The position numbers were made by a program, and so were the translations under genes. The notes beneath the pieces were generated by a model. It was not told where the DNA came from. It searched no databases and was given only the letters and a program-made list of their open reading frames with translations. Positions 49,186 through 59,207 of a stretch of 64,000 bases of DNA are shown here, one piece after another. The DNA comes from Nitrosopumilus sp. (lineage in GTDB: Archaea > Thermoproteota > Nitrososphaeria > Nitrososphaerales > Nitrosopumilaceae), in contig OZ252243.1 in NCBI GenBank assembly GCA_965249555.1, positions 544,001-608,000 of the forward strand, in the 5' to 3' direction. Within the stretch, counting starts at the first letter, position 1. The number at the start of each line of letters is the position of its first letter.

Positions 49186-50152
49186 TCAAATTGAAAAAAA
49201 TGCAAAAATAGTAAACAAGTCTCTAAATTCAAAACTAAAAGGAAATCCAAAGAAACTCTATGACGCAGCAGGACATCTGATTATTCATGGTGGAAAAAGA
49301 CTTAGACCATACATGGTAATTAAAAGTTGTCAAATTTTAGGAGGAAAAGTTTCCAATGCAATGCTAGCTGCAAGTGCTGTAGAAATGGTTCACAACTTTA
49401 CTTTGGTTCATGATGATATCATGGATAATGATGAAATGCGTCACGGAGTTCCAACGGTACATAAAAAATTTGGAATGTCAGTTGCAATTCTTGCTGGTGA
49501 TGTTTTATTTTCAAAAGCATTTCAAATAATTACTGAATCAAAATTATCATCAGATGCTACCACTAAATTAGTTTCCAGATTAGCAAAAGCATGTGTAGAT
49601 GTATGTGAAGGTCAGTTACTTGATGTAAAGATGGCAGAAGAGAAGAAAATTCCGACGCAAACAGAATACATTACAATGATTAGCAAAAAAACTGCAGCAT
49701 TATTTGATGTATCATGTGCAATGGGAGCTATTTGTGCTACAAACAAATCAGATGATATTTCAAACCTCTCATCATTTGGAAAAAATTTGGGAATTGCATT
49801 TCAGATAACTGATGATCTCATAGGAGTTATGGGAGATCCTAAAATTACAAAGAAACCTGTTGGAAATGATCTTAGGGAAGGTAAAAAATCACTTCCAATT
49901 TTGATGGCAATAAAATCAGCAAAAGGTAAAAATAAAAAAATAATTCTAAAGGCATTTGGAAATTCAAAGGCAACAAGAAATGATCTAAATAAGGCGGTAG
50001 GTGTAATTCGCTCTCTTGGAATTGAAGAAAATGTTAGAAAACAGGCTCTAAAATACGCAGATAAAGCAGAAAAATCGTTGGCAAGGTATTTGGGCTCTGC
50101 TAAAACAGAGTTAATTACATTATTGGATTTTGTAGTAAAGAGAAGTGTATAG
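49172..50152 (+). CDS. Polyprenyl (geranylgeranyl) diphosphate synthase
   Basis: GGKRLRP, DDIMD, FQITDD. Confidence 0.93.
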   Translation: MKKTNQIEKNAKIVNKSLNSKLKGNPKKLYDAAGHLIIHGGKRLRPYMVIKSCQILGGKVSNAMLAASAVEMVHNFTLVHDDIMDNDEMRHGVPTVHKKFGMSVAILAGDVLFSKAFQIITESKLSSDATTKLVSRLAKACVDVCEGQLLDVKMAEEKKIPTQTEYITMISKKTAALFDVSCAMGAICATNKSDDISNLSSFGKNLGIAFQITDDLIGVMGDPKITKKPVGNDLREGKKSLPILMAIKSAKGKNKKIILKAFGNSKATRNDLNKAVGVIRSLGIEENVRKQALKYADKAEKSLARYLGSAKTELITLLDFVVKRSV

Positions 50153-50172
50153 TTACAACAGGTAGAACTAGT

Positions 50173-51882
50173 ATGAATGAAGAATTAAAGAAAGAAATTA
50201 GGAAGATGGCTCTTCAAAATGCGTTTGAGCATGGAGGACAAACTCAAGATAAAATAATTTTGGGAAAAATTCTTGGAACTAAGCCAGAATTTAGAACTAA
50301 AGTAAAAGAAATTACAGGGGATATTTCTGAAATTGTTGCTAATGTAAATCAACTATCATCTGAAGAACAGAAAAAAGAAATTGAGGAAAACTTTCCAGAA
50401 ATTTTAATACCAAAAGAAAAAATCAAAGAAAGAGAAGGTCTTCCAGAATTAGAAGGTGCTGAACAAGGAAAAGTTGTTACAAGATTTCCTCCAGAACCAA
50501 ATGGCTATCCACACATAGGACATGCAAAAGCTGCTATCATTAATTCAGAATATGCAAAGATGTATGGTGGAAAATTTATTCTAAGAATGGATGATACAAA
50601 TCCAGAAGCAGAAAGAATGGAGTATCATGCAGCCATCAAAGTTGGACTAGAGTGGATAGGAATAAAATTTGACATAGTGAAAAGTACTTCAGATGACATG
50701 GAAGTATTTTATGAGAAAGGTATGGAATTAATCAATTCAGGAAATGCTTACGTTTGCACTTGTAAAAGAGATACCGTCAGCAAGAACAGAAGAGAAAGAA
50801 AAGCCTGCAAGTGTAGTATGAAAGATATTGATAAAAATAATGAAAATTGGGAAAAGATGAAACAGAAATTCAAACCTGGTGATGCAATTGTAAGATTTCG
50901 CGGAGACATGAAAGCAGATAATGCAGTCATGCGAGATCCAGTATTATTCAGAATTATTGATGAAAGTCATTACACGTTACGTGAAAAATATAGAATTTGG
51001 CCTAGCTATGATTTTTCAGTTGCAATTGAAGATAGCATTGATGGAGTCACACATGCTTTTCGTTCTAAAGAATTTGAGCTAAGAGAAGAGCTAATTGATG
51101 CAATTTTAGATGCGTTAAATATGAGAAAACCATACCAAGGGTTTTTCTCCAGGCTAGAATTCAAAGGAATGCCTATTTCAAAAAGAATCATCAAGCCCTT
51201 AATTGAAACAGGCAAGGTTTCATGGTATGATGATCCAAGACTTCCAACTCTTGAGGCACTTAGAAGAAGGGGAATCAGACCTGAGGCCATCAGAAAATTT
51301 ATCCTGTCTTTAGGCTTAACCAAAGCAAATACTCTTGCACCATTTGATGCACTTGAAGCATTTAATCGAAAATTGGTTGATGCTGAGAGCACAAGATTAT
51401 TCATGGTAAGCAATGCAAGAAAATTAACAGTAAAAAATTTACCAGTCTCATCAGTTGAGATTCCCAATCACCCAATTAATGACATGGGAAAAAGAAAAAT
51501 TGAGATTGATGGGAATTTCTATATTTCAGGAGATGATGCACAAGACATCAAACAAGGAACGCAGATTAGACTTTTAGGATTAGGAAATGTTTCCATAACA
51601 AAAGAAGGTACAGAATTTGAAGGCGAATTTGTCGAAGATGGAAAAACAACAGACATACCAAAAATTCAATGGGTTTCACAAAAAACTGCACATGAAATTA
51701 AGATGATTATTCCAAAAACATTATTCAACGGAGAAGAATTTAACGAAGATAGTTTAGAAGAATTAGATGTCTATACAGAACCACATTATCTACAATTAAA
51801 AGAAGGAGAAGAAATTCAATTTGTTAGATTTGGATATTGTAGAAAAGATTCACAGAATCAAGCAATTTTTACACACAAGTGA
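50173..51882 (+). CDS. gltX: Glutamate--tRNA ligase (archaeal type)
   Basis: TRFPPEPNGYPHIGH, ISKR, QFVRFGY. Confidence 0.96.
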   Translation: MNEELKKEIRKMALQNAFEHGGQTQDKIILGKILGTKPEFRTKVKEITGDISEIVANVNQLSSEEQKKEIEENFPEILIPKEKIKEREGLPELEGAEQGKVVTRFPPEPNGYPHIGHAKAAIINSEYAKMYGGKFILRMDDTNPEAERMEYHAAIKVGLEWIGIKFDIVKSTSDDMEVFYEKGMELINSGNAYVCTCKRDTVSKNRRERKACKCSMKDIDKNNENWEKMKQKFKPGDAIVRFRGDMKADNAVMRDPVLFRIIDESHYTLREKYRIWPSYDFSVAIEDSIDGVTHAFRSKEFELREELIDAILDALNMRKPYQGFFSRLEFKGMPISKRIIKPLIETGKVSWYDDPRLPTLEALRRRGIRPEAIRKFILSLGLTKANTLAPFDALEAFNRKLVDAESTRLFMVSNARKLTVKNLPVSSVEIPNHPINDMGKRKIEIDGNFYISGDDAQDIKQGTQIRLLGLGNVSITKEGTEFEGEFVEDGKTTDIPKIQWVSQKTAHEIKMIIPKTLFNGEEFNEDSLEELDVYTEPHYLQLKEGEEIQFVRFGYCRKDSQNQAIFTHK

Positions 51883-51888
51883 TCAGAT

Positions 51889-52758
51889 ATGAAAATAGCG
51901 CGATTACTACATGGAAATATTGAAACATATGGCTTTGTAAAAGGAGATAAAGTATCTACAAAAGATGAAATAACTTTTCTAACAGGAGTCCCAATTCCGT
52001 ATAATGTGAAAGATTTTCTTTTTGATGGATGGTATGATGAAATTAAAAATAAAATTGAAGATTTGCCATACAAAGAAAATATTTCAAAATTTAAATTATT
52101 ATCACCAATCCCAAATCCAAACAAAATAATCTGTTTGGCATTCAACTATGCTGACCATGCTGAAGAACAGGGACTACAAGCACCTGAAGATCCAGTTATT
52201 GTAATTAAACCACGAACAGCACTAACTAGTACTGAATCAGATATCGTATGCCCAGATTTTGTTTCAAAGTTAGATTATGAGGTAGAATTAGCCGTGATAA
52301 TTGGAAAAAACTGCAAAAATGTGAGTGTAGAGGATGCATCAAAGGCAGTATTTGGATACATGATATTCAATGACGTTTCGGCAAGAGATATTCAATTCAA
52401 AGACAAACAATTCACCAGAGGAAAGGGTTTTGACACATTTGCACCATGTGGACCATGGATTACAACATCTGATGAAATCCAGAATGCTCAAAATCTAAAA
52501 CTGACAACCAAAATTAATGGAGAATTAAGACAAAACTCTTCTACAAACAAAATGTTTATAAAAATTCCAGAAATTATTTCAAAAATTTCCAAAGTCATGA
52601 CTTTGGAGAAAGGAGATATTATTTCTACTGGAACACCTGCGGGAGTAGCATTAAACAATCCAAATGTAGTATTTTTGAAAGACGGGGATAAAGTGGAAAT
52701 GGAAATTGAAGGGCTTGGAATTTTGAATAACACAATAAAATTCGTTAAATCAGATTAA
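51889..52758 (+). CDS. Fumarylacetoacetate hydrolase family protein
   Basis: DYEVEL, NDVSARD, GKGFDTF, TGTPAG. Confidence 0.93.
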   Translation: MKIARLLHGNIETYGFVKGDKVSTKDEITFLTGVPIPYNVKDFLFDGWYDEIKNKIEDLPYKENISKFKLLSPIPNPNKIICLAFNYADHAEEQGLQAPEDPVIVIKPRTALTSTESDIVCPDFVSKLDYEVELAVIIGKNCKNVSVEDASKAVFGYMIFNDVSARDIQFKDKQFTRGKGFDTFAPCGPWITTSDEIQNAQNLKLTTKINGELRQNSSTNKMFIKIPEIISKISKVMTLEKGDIISTGTPAGVALNNPNVVFLKDGDKVEMEIEGLGILNNTIKFVKSD

Positions 52759-53531
52759 ACCAAAGACTTTTTCATTAAATGAAATGAAATTTTAGGTTCC
52801 AATGAATCAAAAATTGGTAATTGTTCTCTAGTCAAAATTTGTATTCGGTCATAGTTTTCTTTCAGACCGTAATTTTGTAGAAAGGAAATTATTTGCAATG
52901 TAGTGTTTTGTGAGCCTGAAAATAATGTAACAATTAAAGTCTTATCAAAATGTTCAGAATCAGTAAGAATTGCAATTGAATTTTTGCCATCCATATTAGA
53001 TTTGACAATTTTATTTTGTTCATGAAATGCAGATAGTGTGGAATCATCAATGGAAAGCCATCTCCAAGATTTCACATAATGGGAGTAGAATTGACGATTT
53101 AGAGATTTTTCAAAGTGGACATTATGATTTGGATTTCTTTTTGGCATAAGAGAGTAAAAATTCCAAGTTTGAAAGATGTCATAATCTAAAGAATTTGCCA
53201 TAGAGTGAGATGAAATGTTTTGAGTGTCAATTAGCATAAAGGAAAATAAGATACCCTTTTCTTTTCCGATTGATTCAGCATGTTTTACCAGTTCAGATGC
53301 AATTTTTTGTCCACGAAAATTAGGATCAATCCTAATCCCTTCAATCCAAATTTGGTCTTTGGAATAAAATGCATGACATATTCCTACGGGAAACTGTTTT
53401 TCAAATAGGAGTAAATTACCTTCAGATAACCAGGAATCCCAAACTTGATCTACATAATCTCCCCAAGAAAAAGTGTCTTTACAAAACTTCAAAATTGGAA
53501 TTTTATCCAAATCATTTGCTTCTCTGATCAT
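52755..53531 (-). CDS. GNAT N-acetyltransferase
   Basis: IEGIRIDPNFRGQKIAS. Confidence 0.85.
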   Translation of the reverse strand: MIREANDLDKIPILKFCKDTFSWGDYVDQVWDSWLSEGNLLLFEKQFPVGICHAFYSKDQIWIEGIRIDPNFRGQKIASELVKHAESIGKEKGILFSFMLIDTQNISSHSMANSLDYDIFQTWNFYSLMPKRNPNHNVHFEKSLNRQFYSHYVKSWRWLSIDDSTLSAFHEQNKIVKSNMDGKNSIAILTDSEHFDKTLIVTLFSGSQNTTLQIISFLQNYGLKENYDRIQILTREQLPIFDSLEPKISFHLMKKSLV

Positions 53532-53582
53532 CACAGTCACTATGTACAAAGCAATATTAAGAATAATCAAACAAAAATTACA

Positions 53583-53891
53583 ATGGGAAAAATCATAGCC
53601 GGTAAAATATCAGATATTCCTCCTGGAAAGATGATCAAGGTATCTATTGATGGAAGAGATGTCTTAGTTGCAAATATTGATGGAGAATATTGTGCAACAG
53701 ACGATTCTTGTACTCATTCAGGTTCCAGCCTATCAGAAGGGAAATTGGATGGATGTTCAATCACATGTGGTTGGCACGGCGCGCAATTTGATTGTAAAAC
53801 AGGAAAATTGGTTAAATTCCCAGCAAAAATTAGAGATTTAACATCATACAACGTCGTAGTAGAATCAGACGATGTGTTTGTAGAGATGTGA
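53583..53891 (+). CDS. Rieske [2Fe-2S] ferredoxin
   Basis: CTH...CGWHG. Confidence 0.92.
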   Translation: MGKIIAGKISDIPPGKMIKVSIDGRDVLVANIDGEYCATDDSCTHSGSSLSEGKLDGCSITCGWHGAQFDCKTGKLVKFPAKIRDLTSYNVVVESDDVFVEM

Positions 53892-53927
53892 CTATATACT
53901 TCTAATTTTTAAGAAAAGGTGTAAAAA

Positions 53928-54197
53928 ATGGTAGACGAGGCTCAAAATAAAGAATCAATGAAAGAAGCAATTGAAACATTAAATCAGATCATTTCAAGTA
54001 ACTCTACTCCAAAGACAATAAGAAAATCAATTTCAGATTTGATTGTAGATTTGAATAAGGAAGAATATTCACTATCAGTAAGAGCTGCAAATACAATTAG
54101 TTTACTAGATGATGTAACACAAGATCCCAACATGCCATCATATGTAAGAACACAGTTGTGGCAAGCAGTTTCAAAATTAGAAAGTATAAGAGAATAA
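53928..54197 (+). CDS. UPF0147 family protein
   Basis: TPKTIR...DPNMPSYVRT. Confidence 0.88.
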   Translation: MVDEAQNKESMKEAIETLNQIISSNSTPKTIRKSISDLIVDLNKEEYSLSVRAANTISLLDDVTQDPNMPSYVRTQLWQAVSKLESIRE

Positions 54198-54222
54198 ATT
54201 CTCGCTAGTGTGAATAAAACTA

Positions 54223-54981
54223 TTGAAAATTGATGAATATTTAGAAACACTTCCAGAAAATTTACTTAGTGGAGAAGATGTTCAATTACCAGAAAAATCT
54301 TTTAGAGAAATTTTCAAGTTTGCAGGTTTGGGGGAAAATGATATTTTTTATCATTTAGGTTGTGGCAATGAAAAAGGGATAGAGATTGCAATAAAGGAGT
54401 TCAAAGTAAAAAAGGCTGTAGGAATAGACAACAATCCTGAAAAAATCCAACAGGGAAAAGAAGTTCTTGAGCAAAAAAATATTCAAGGACAGTTAATTTG
54501 TAAGAATATAGAAGAATCAGATATCTCAGATGCGTCAGTTATTTTGTTTTGGTTTACAGATGATAATATAATTAATCAGATGTTGAAAAAATTTGAAAAT
54601 CTAAAACCAGAAACAAAAATAATTACAATTTGGGGGCCACTTCCAGATTGCCTTCCAGATAAAGTAAATTTCCCATACATTATCAACAAAATACCATTCA
54701 AAAAAGCGCAAAGTATGCAAGAACAAGTATTAGCAATTTTTGGTGTAAAATGTATAGATTTTGTCACAGCATGGGAATTTGCAGAAAGATACACAAAATC
54801 CATTGGAACTCAAACTAAAAATGATCGATTTTTAACAATCATACAGACATTGATAATTTGGATCAATGCTAAAAAATTAGGAGTAGCATGTGGTGAAGGG
54901 ATTCCAGAGCCTATTCAAACTTATATCAATATAATGAAAATGCAATTTGATATTGATTTTGAATATCTTTTAAGGGAATAA
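54223..54981 (+). CDS. Class I SAM-dependent methyltransferase-like protein
   Basis: FYHLGCG, AVGID. Confidence 0.75.
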   Translation: MKIDEYLETLPENLLSGEDVQLPEKSFREIFKFAGLGENDIFYHLGCGNEKGIEIAIKEFKVKKAVGIDNNPEKIQQGKEVLEQKNIQGQLICKNIEESDISDASVILFWFTDDNIINQMLKKFENLKPETKIITIWGPLPDCLPDKVNFPYIINKIPFKKAQSMQEQVLAIFGVKCIDFVTAWEFAERYTKSIGTQTKNDRFLTIIQTLIIWINAKKLGVACGEGIPEPIQTYINIMKMQFDIDFEYLLRE

Positions 54982-55021
54982 TCTGTATAATCCTTTTATT
55001 TTGTTTTGAAATGAGAAGAGT

Positions 55022-55369
55022 ATGGATGCCAGAATTAACATCAATGTCTCTGCAGTGGATTATGATAAAACAAGTAAGGCATTAACTCATCAATTGGTTC
55101 TTTTGGAAGAAATGGTTCACAGTAAGGATGATTTTGTCATGACTGATTCAGAATTTGCTTTTGGATGGCACTTTTTTGTATTAAGTGTAAACAAGTCGCT
55201 TGTTGAAAAATTAATGGAAATGATGGGACCTGATTTTCAGAAATTAAAAGGGAGAGGAGTTGAAAAAAAATTTCTGACATGGTTAACAAAGAATGTAGAG
55301 ACCAAGTCTCCGCGATTCAAACTTGCTATCAAAGAAGAAATGGAATCTGGTAAATTCGGTATCTTTTAA
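55022..55369 (+). CDS. Conserved hypothetical protein
   Basis: 115-aa ORF co-directional with core genes. Confidence 0.7.
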   Translation: MDARININVSAVDYDKTSKALTHQLVLLEEMVHSKDDFVMTDSEFAFGWHFFVLSVNKSLVEKLMEMMGPDFQKLKGRGVEKKFLTWLTKNVETKSPRFKLAIKEEMESGKFGIF

Positions 55370-55468
55370 AAATTATGTAGGCCCTCTAGGTGACTTGTCA
55401 TATTAGTTCAAGGTCCTTACAATTTTAGGCATAAAAATGGACGCAGGTAAGCGTAATGTTAGATGAGA

Positions 55469-56527
55469 TTATTTTATCCTATATCGAAGTATGGCTAAAA
55501 CTGAATCATCAATTTCTAATTTTTTAATTATTTTTGGAGAAACTACAAACTCAATCTTAGCTGATGTATTTTTTGCAATCTCCATCATTTTCATAATATT
55601 TTTGAATTGAGAAGTAGTGTGATAGTTTGCAGAAACAATTAGCGTATCTACTGCTCCAATTTCTAATGCCTTGAAAATAATATTATTTCTTTTTGCAGTT
55701 AATCCTTCTTTGACTAGATTTTCATATTTTTCAATAATTTCTCTAACATATTTTCGTCTATGCTGATATAGATGATGGATTATTTTCTTATCAATATCAT
55801 TTTTTGGAGTGGAAAAAGATATAGTTTCTACAAATCGACATTTTTTTACCAACTCTGAATCAAGTTCATCATAAAATTCTGTTTTTGCAAGTCCAATTCC
55901 TCCCAACAAGAGTAATTCAGAATTTGAATCCATCATTCGGACTTTGTTTGCAACTTTCTTGAAGAAAACATGGATTTTGGTTTGTCTTGCTCTTAGAAAT
56001 CTACCCTGACTCTGTCCACCTTTTCTATGTCTTCCTTGTAGGTAAATTCTAAGTTTAGCTTCTTGGATTATTTGACTACCATGAAATTTCTGTATTTTTG
56101 CTGATTTTTGATCAAGTGTTACTAACAAAACATCATAATTGGTTTTCAAAATATCATTGAATGGTTTGATGAATGGTTTTTTACTTGCCATGTAGATATA
56201 AGGAAGTCTTTTGGAGGTGCCAATCACTTTGATGTTCACTTTACCATTTCTTATCCATCCAAAAATGCAGAGGGTTTTTGTAAACTTGCCTACAGAAACT
56301 GGATTTTCTCTAAGTTCTGTGATTCTACTTTCAATTTTTGATTCTATTTTTTCAAACGACTCATTCCTCTTTGTTTCCTGTAGCAAAGATATGGTTTCTT
56401 GTCCCTTGCCATACGGATAATAGATAGACACGCATGGTAAATTGATCTGTTTTATCTCGTGGAGGAATTGATTTAGGGATAGCCACTCAGTTGATGAAAC
56501 CTCAGAAGATTCCAGATTGTTTTTCAC
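55469..56527 (-). CDS. aRF1/eRF1-related (baeRF/VLRF1-like) peptidyl-tRNA hydrolase; start uncertain
   Basis: GRHRKGGQSQGRF; C-terminal ALEIGAVDTLIV...AILRY; no NIKS motif seen. Confidence 0.8.
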   Translation of the reverse strand: MKNNLESSEVSSTEWLSLNQFLHEIKQINLPCVSIYYPYGKGQETISLLQETKRNESFEKIESKIESRITELRENPVSVGKFTKTLCIFGWIRNGKVNIKVIGTSKRLPYIYMASKKPFIKPFNDILKTNYDVLLVTLDQKSAKIQKFHGSQIIQEAKLRIYLQGRHRKGGQSQGRFLRARQTKIHVFFKKVANKVRMMDSNSELLLLGGIGLAKTEFYDELDSELVKKCRFVETISFSTPKNDIDKKIIHHLYQHRRKYVREIIEKYENLVKEGLTAKRNNIIFKALEIGAVDTLIVSANYHTTSQFKNIMKMMEIAKNTSAKIEFVVSPKIIKKLEIDDSVLAILRYRIK

Positions 56528-56618
56528 ATATTTGCATTTTTTCTTTCGTAAAAAAACTAATGCATTTAGAATTAAAGACACAAATTATACATTGGAGAAT
56601 TAATTTTCGGGATAAAAC

Positions 56619-57047
56619 ATGCTTTTCAAAAACATTCTAGTTCCATACGATGGCTCAGGTCATTCAAAACATGCATTCAAAGTAGCTTTGGACATGGCAA
56701 AAAAATACAATTCCAAGCTTTCGATGGTTACTGTCTTGGATATGTCTCCCGGATATTGGGCTCATACCAACCTTTGGGATAAAGCAGTAGGTGGGACTAA
56801 AAATCTTGTAGCAAAAGAGTTTGAATCATTTGAATCTACTGCAAAAAAAGCCAAAGTTTCATTTCGTTCTGAAATTATAGAAAGCAAGTCTGTAACAAAA
56901 ACAATAGTATCTCATTCAAAATCCAAGAAAATTGATCTAATAGTAATGGGTGCTCAGGGAATAACAGGTTGGGATAAATTAGTTCTAGGCAGTGTTACAG
57001 ATAGTGTCGCTCACCGAGTAAGATGCCCAGTTCTTATTGTACGATAA
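56619..57047 (+). CDS. Universal stress protein
   Basis: ILVPYDGS, LIVMGAQG...LGSVT...CPVLIV. Confidence 0.93.
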   Translation: MLFKNILVPYDGSGHSKHAFKVALDMAKKYNSKLSMVTVLDMSPGYWAHTNLWDKAVGGTKNLVAKEFESFESTAKKAKVSFRSEIIESKSVTKTIVSHSKSKKIDLIVMGAQGITGWDKLVLGSVTDSVAHRVRCPVLIVR

Positions 57048-57121
57048 CTTCATCGTTGAAATCCTTAGAGTCTTGAACCTTTTTGGAGATAATTTAGTAC
57101 GTCAAGGGTCTGGGTTTTAGT

Positions 57122-57679
57122 TCAAGACTCTAACCATTTCAATATCTCAAAAATGTGTTTGTCAGGAGGGAATATTGGATAAAAGACCTTAACTATCTTA
57201 TAATCCTTAACAACCAGTGTTAATCGTTTGTACATTTTCTTGTCCTCAACATTAAACGTTGGAATGTTGAGTCTTTTTTGAAATTCCAATTTGCTGTCAG
57301 ATACTAAAATTTGTGATAATTTTCTTCTGGAAGACAATTGCTCCAAATCATAAATTGGTTGAGAAGAAATTCCAATTGAAATAGCATTAAATTTTTCAAG
57401 GGTAGCATTATTTTCACTGAATGAAATGTTTTGAGGAGTACATCCACGTGCACCAGGAATATCATTCCAACCTAATGGAAGATCTTTTCCTGGCATTATC
57501 ATCATTGGGAAAAAATACAAAATTCCGTATTCTCTATCAATGTTTGACAAATCAAAAAAACTATCTTTTGTAGATGGTAAAATGATGTCAGGTATTTGTC
57601 GTCCTAAAAGATGATTTGCAGTTCCATCGTTTTCAGGAATAGGCAGGTTGTTAGGAAGTTTTGTAAATTCATCGTTCAT
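57122..57679 (-). CDS. Peroxiredoxin (BCP-like)
   Basis: WNDIPGARGCTPQ, YKRLTL, FYPIFPPDKH; real start is the ATG at 57679. Confidence 0.88.
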   Translation of the reverse strand: MNDEFTKLPNNLPIPENDGTANHLLGRQIPDIILPSTKDSFFDLSNIDREYGILYFFPMMIMPGKDLPLGWNDIPGARGCTPQNISFSENNATLEKFNAISIGISSQPIYDLEQLSSRRKLSQILVSDSKLEFQKRLNIPTFNVEDKKMYKRLTLVVKDYKIVKVFYPIFPPDKHIFEILKWLES

Positions 57680-57730
57680 TTGATAATTGGAATAATACTG
57701 AATCCTATAAGACTTGAAGTGAAAAGTGTA

Positions 57731-57803
57731 GGCCCTCGAGGGGAATCGAACCCCTGTCCGGGGATCCACAATCCCCTATACTAGCCACTGTACTACGAGG
57801 GCC
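57731..57803 (-). tRNA. tRNA-His(GTG) with encoded G-1
   Basis: GCCCTCG/CGAGGGC acceptor stem, TTGTGGA anticodon loop, GGTTCGATTCC T-arm. Confidence 0.97.
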
Positions 57804-57897
57804 ACCAAAAGGAAAAATTGTTTATCCTGTAATAATCTTTGAGTTCTAACTGAGAATTAGGCTGTAGATTTATTATTGACTTGTTTGAATTTGAAAT

Positions 57898-57978
57898 ATG
57901 CGGTTATGGTGGCTTGCAATGGCAATAGCAATCGGACTAACATGGGTTGGAATGAATTACATACTTCCGTTCAAATAG
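57898..57978 (+). CDS. Single-TM microprotein (26 aa), not in the ORF track
   Basis: MRLWWLAMAIAIGLTWVGMNYILPFK*; TTTATTAT about 28 nt upstream. Confidence 0.5.
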   Translation: MRLWWLAMAIAIGLTWVGMNYILPFK

Positions 57979-58075
57979 CCTCAAATTCAAAAATAATTTT
58001 CAATTTTACAACTAGAATTTTTTCATAAAGGTTCAGCGATCGCTTTAAATTTGTTGTATAAGGGTATTTTTCAAC

Positions 58076-59098
58076 TTGAGAAAAGGATTCATTGCCAATA
58101 GATTGCGTTCAGGAAAAAAATCGATAGAGATTCCTATAAAAAGTGAAGTTGAAATCATACAAGCTAAAAAATTTAATTGGATTGATTTACAAAATCCAGA
58201 TAGGAAAGATGTTGAAAAATTAGCTGAACAATATCATTTCAATGCATTAAACATTGAAGATTGTATGACCAGATTTGAACTTCCAAAGCTAGATAGTTAT
58301 GATGATCATTTCTTTGTAATTCTTCATTTTCCACCACTAGCACAAAAAATAGGAATATCAAAAAATAGTCAGTTATCCATATTTCTTGGAAAAGATTTCC
58401 TAGTTACAGTCCATCAAGGAGATCTAAAACCACTAGTGGAACTGGTAGAAATATGTAAAACAGATTCAGATCAACAAAGAAAAGATAGATTATTAGGAAA
58501 ATCTCCAGGAGTGTTACTTCATGAAATCATCGATGTGCTAGTAGATGATCTTCTACATACATCTAGAAAGATAATTGCAAATCTGGATGAAATGGAGGAT
58601 ATAGTATTTGATGAAAAAAAACCAGTAGCAAGAAGTATTGCTTTACTCAGAAGGGAAATTAACAGATTACGAAGGATAGCTAATCCATTAAAGAAATTTG
58701 TATTAGAAATTGCAAAAAATATTAAAAGATTTACTGAAAGAGAGGATGAAGAACTCACGTTATTTTTTGATGATATTATTGACCACATAGACAAAGTAAT
58801 TGAAACATTAGAAGAATCAAGAGAAACTATGGAAATTTACAAAGATACAGACTTTGTGTTAAGTACTGAAAAAACAAACAAAGTACTGGCTGTATTAACT
58901 ATTATCTTCACACTGGCAATTCCATCAACAGTAATTGGGACATTTTATGGAATGAATATTAATTTACCAGGAGGAATTGGGGATGATTCAATGATTTTAG
59001 GTCCATTTACATCTTTGATAATTATTGTTCTGGCATCAGCAATTCCTGCGATCATGATGTTTGCATATTTCAAAAAACTAGGCTGGATTAGTAGTTAA
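58076..59098 (+). CDS. corA: CorA-family Mg2+/Co2+ transporter
   Basis: WIDLQNP, PKLDSY, YGMN motif. Confidence 0.93.
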   Translation: MRKGFIANRLRSGKKSIEIPIKSEVEIIQAKKFNWIDLQNPDRKDVEKLAEQYHFNALNIEDCMTRFELPKLDSYDDHFFVILHFPPLAQKIGISKNSQLSIFLGKDFLVTVHQGDLKPLVELVEICKTDSDQQRKDRLLGKSPGVLLHEIIDVLVDDLLHTSRKIIANLDEMEDIVFDEKKPVARSIALLRREINRLRRIANPLKKFVLEIAKNIKRFTEREDEELTLFFDDIIDHIDKVIETLEESRETMEIYKDTDFVLSTEKTNKVLAVLTIIFTLAIPSTVIGTFYGMNINLPGGIGDDSMILGPFTSLIIIVLASAIPAIMMFAYFKKLGWISS

Positions 59099-59207
59099 AA
59101 CAAGAATATTCCATAATTTTTTCTGGTGTCAACTATGAATTTATTCCATAAAAGTCAGGATCGTTTGGAATTATAATTGATAAATACCAGAGAATTCAAC
59201 ATAATTT

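Larger units (their letters stand above)
55376..57741. mobile_element. Small genomic islet at the tRNA-His 3' end, bounded by a 15-bp direct repeat
   Basis: TGTAGGCCCTCTAGG (55376-55390) vs TGTAGGCCCTCGAGG (57727-57741, tRNA 3' end), 14/15 identical. Confidence 0.65.

Noticed and set aside
57068-57130. 11-bp inverted repeat GAGTCTTGAAC/GTTCAAGACTC between the convergent usp and peroxiredoxin genes
   Set aside because: One arm overlaps the stop codon region; at most a terminator-like feature, with no sign of a mobile element
57680-57769. N-terminal extension of the peroxiredoxin ORF in the track
   Set aside because: It overlaps tRNA-His; the real start is the ATG at 57679
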